Shown here piece by piece: positions 50,598 through 50,772 of a stretch of 50,772 nt of DNA. The position numbers were made by a program, and so were the translations under genes. The stretch is from Octopus bimaculoides (Eukaryota). The stretch lies in NCBI RefSeq assembly GCF_001194135.2, contig NC_069004.1, positions 31,178,580 to 31,229,351 of the forward strand. The letters run 5' to 3'. The notes beneath the pieces were generated by a model. It was not told the origin of the DNA and did not search any database. It saw nothing but the letters and a program-made list of their open reading frames with translations. The first letter of the stretch is position 1. Each line of letters begins with the position of its first letter.

Positions 50598-50772
50598 TTA
50601 TTTTCTCCTAGTAATAAATAACTCGGACAAAATAAATTGGTTAATAGATACCAGGGTAGCAAAGATCATAAAATAACTGTGGTGTAACTCCTGTTTATGA
50701 GGTAGAAACTCCTTGATATTTTGGGTATTTGAGTATATATAAATTTAATGAATGGAATGAAACGCATATTAT

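Overview
AT-rich eukaryotic draft-assembly DNA with ten N-gaps and abundant (TA)n/(TG)n/(AAT)n microsatellites. The repeat landscape looks like an octopod cephalopod (inferred by recognition, not database-checked). Only three protein-coding exons are supportable: exon 1 of a Rab43/Rab19-type GTPase (- strand, 23461-23658), the last exon of a mitochondrial 2-oxoglutarate/malate carrier SLC25A11 (+, 36111-36287) and the last exon of a mu-class glutathione S-transferase (-, 50181-50369). The rest is intronic or intergenic and filled with several tRNA-derived SINE families (one in same-strand tandem arrays), piggyBac-type TTAA MITEs, and decayed RTE, CR1, Gypsy, mariner and Merlin fragments. Almost all ORF-track entries are microsatellite, SINE or N-gap artefacts. 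The most unusual object is a ~350 bp fold-back element at 45113-45464. Each of its two inverted arms carries a Penelope-type minimal hammerhead-ribozyme motif, and they enclose a tRNA-derived Pol III head. Also notable: the SLC25A11 exon has no visible upstream exons and breaks the carrier signature motif.
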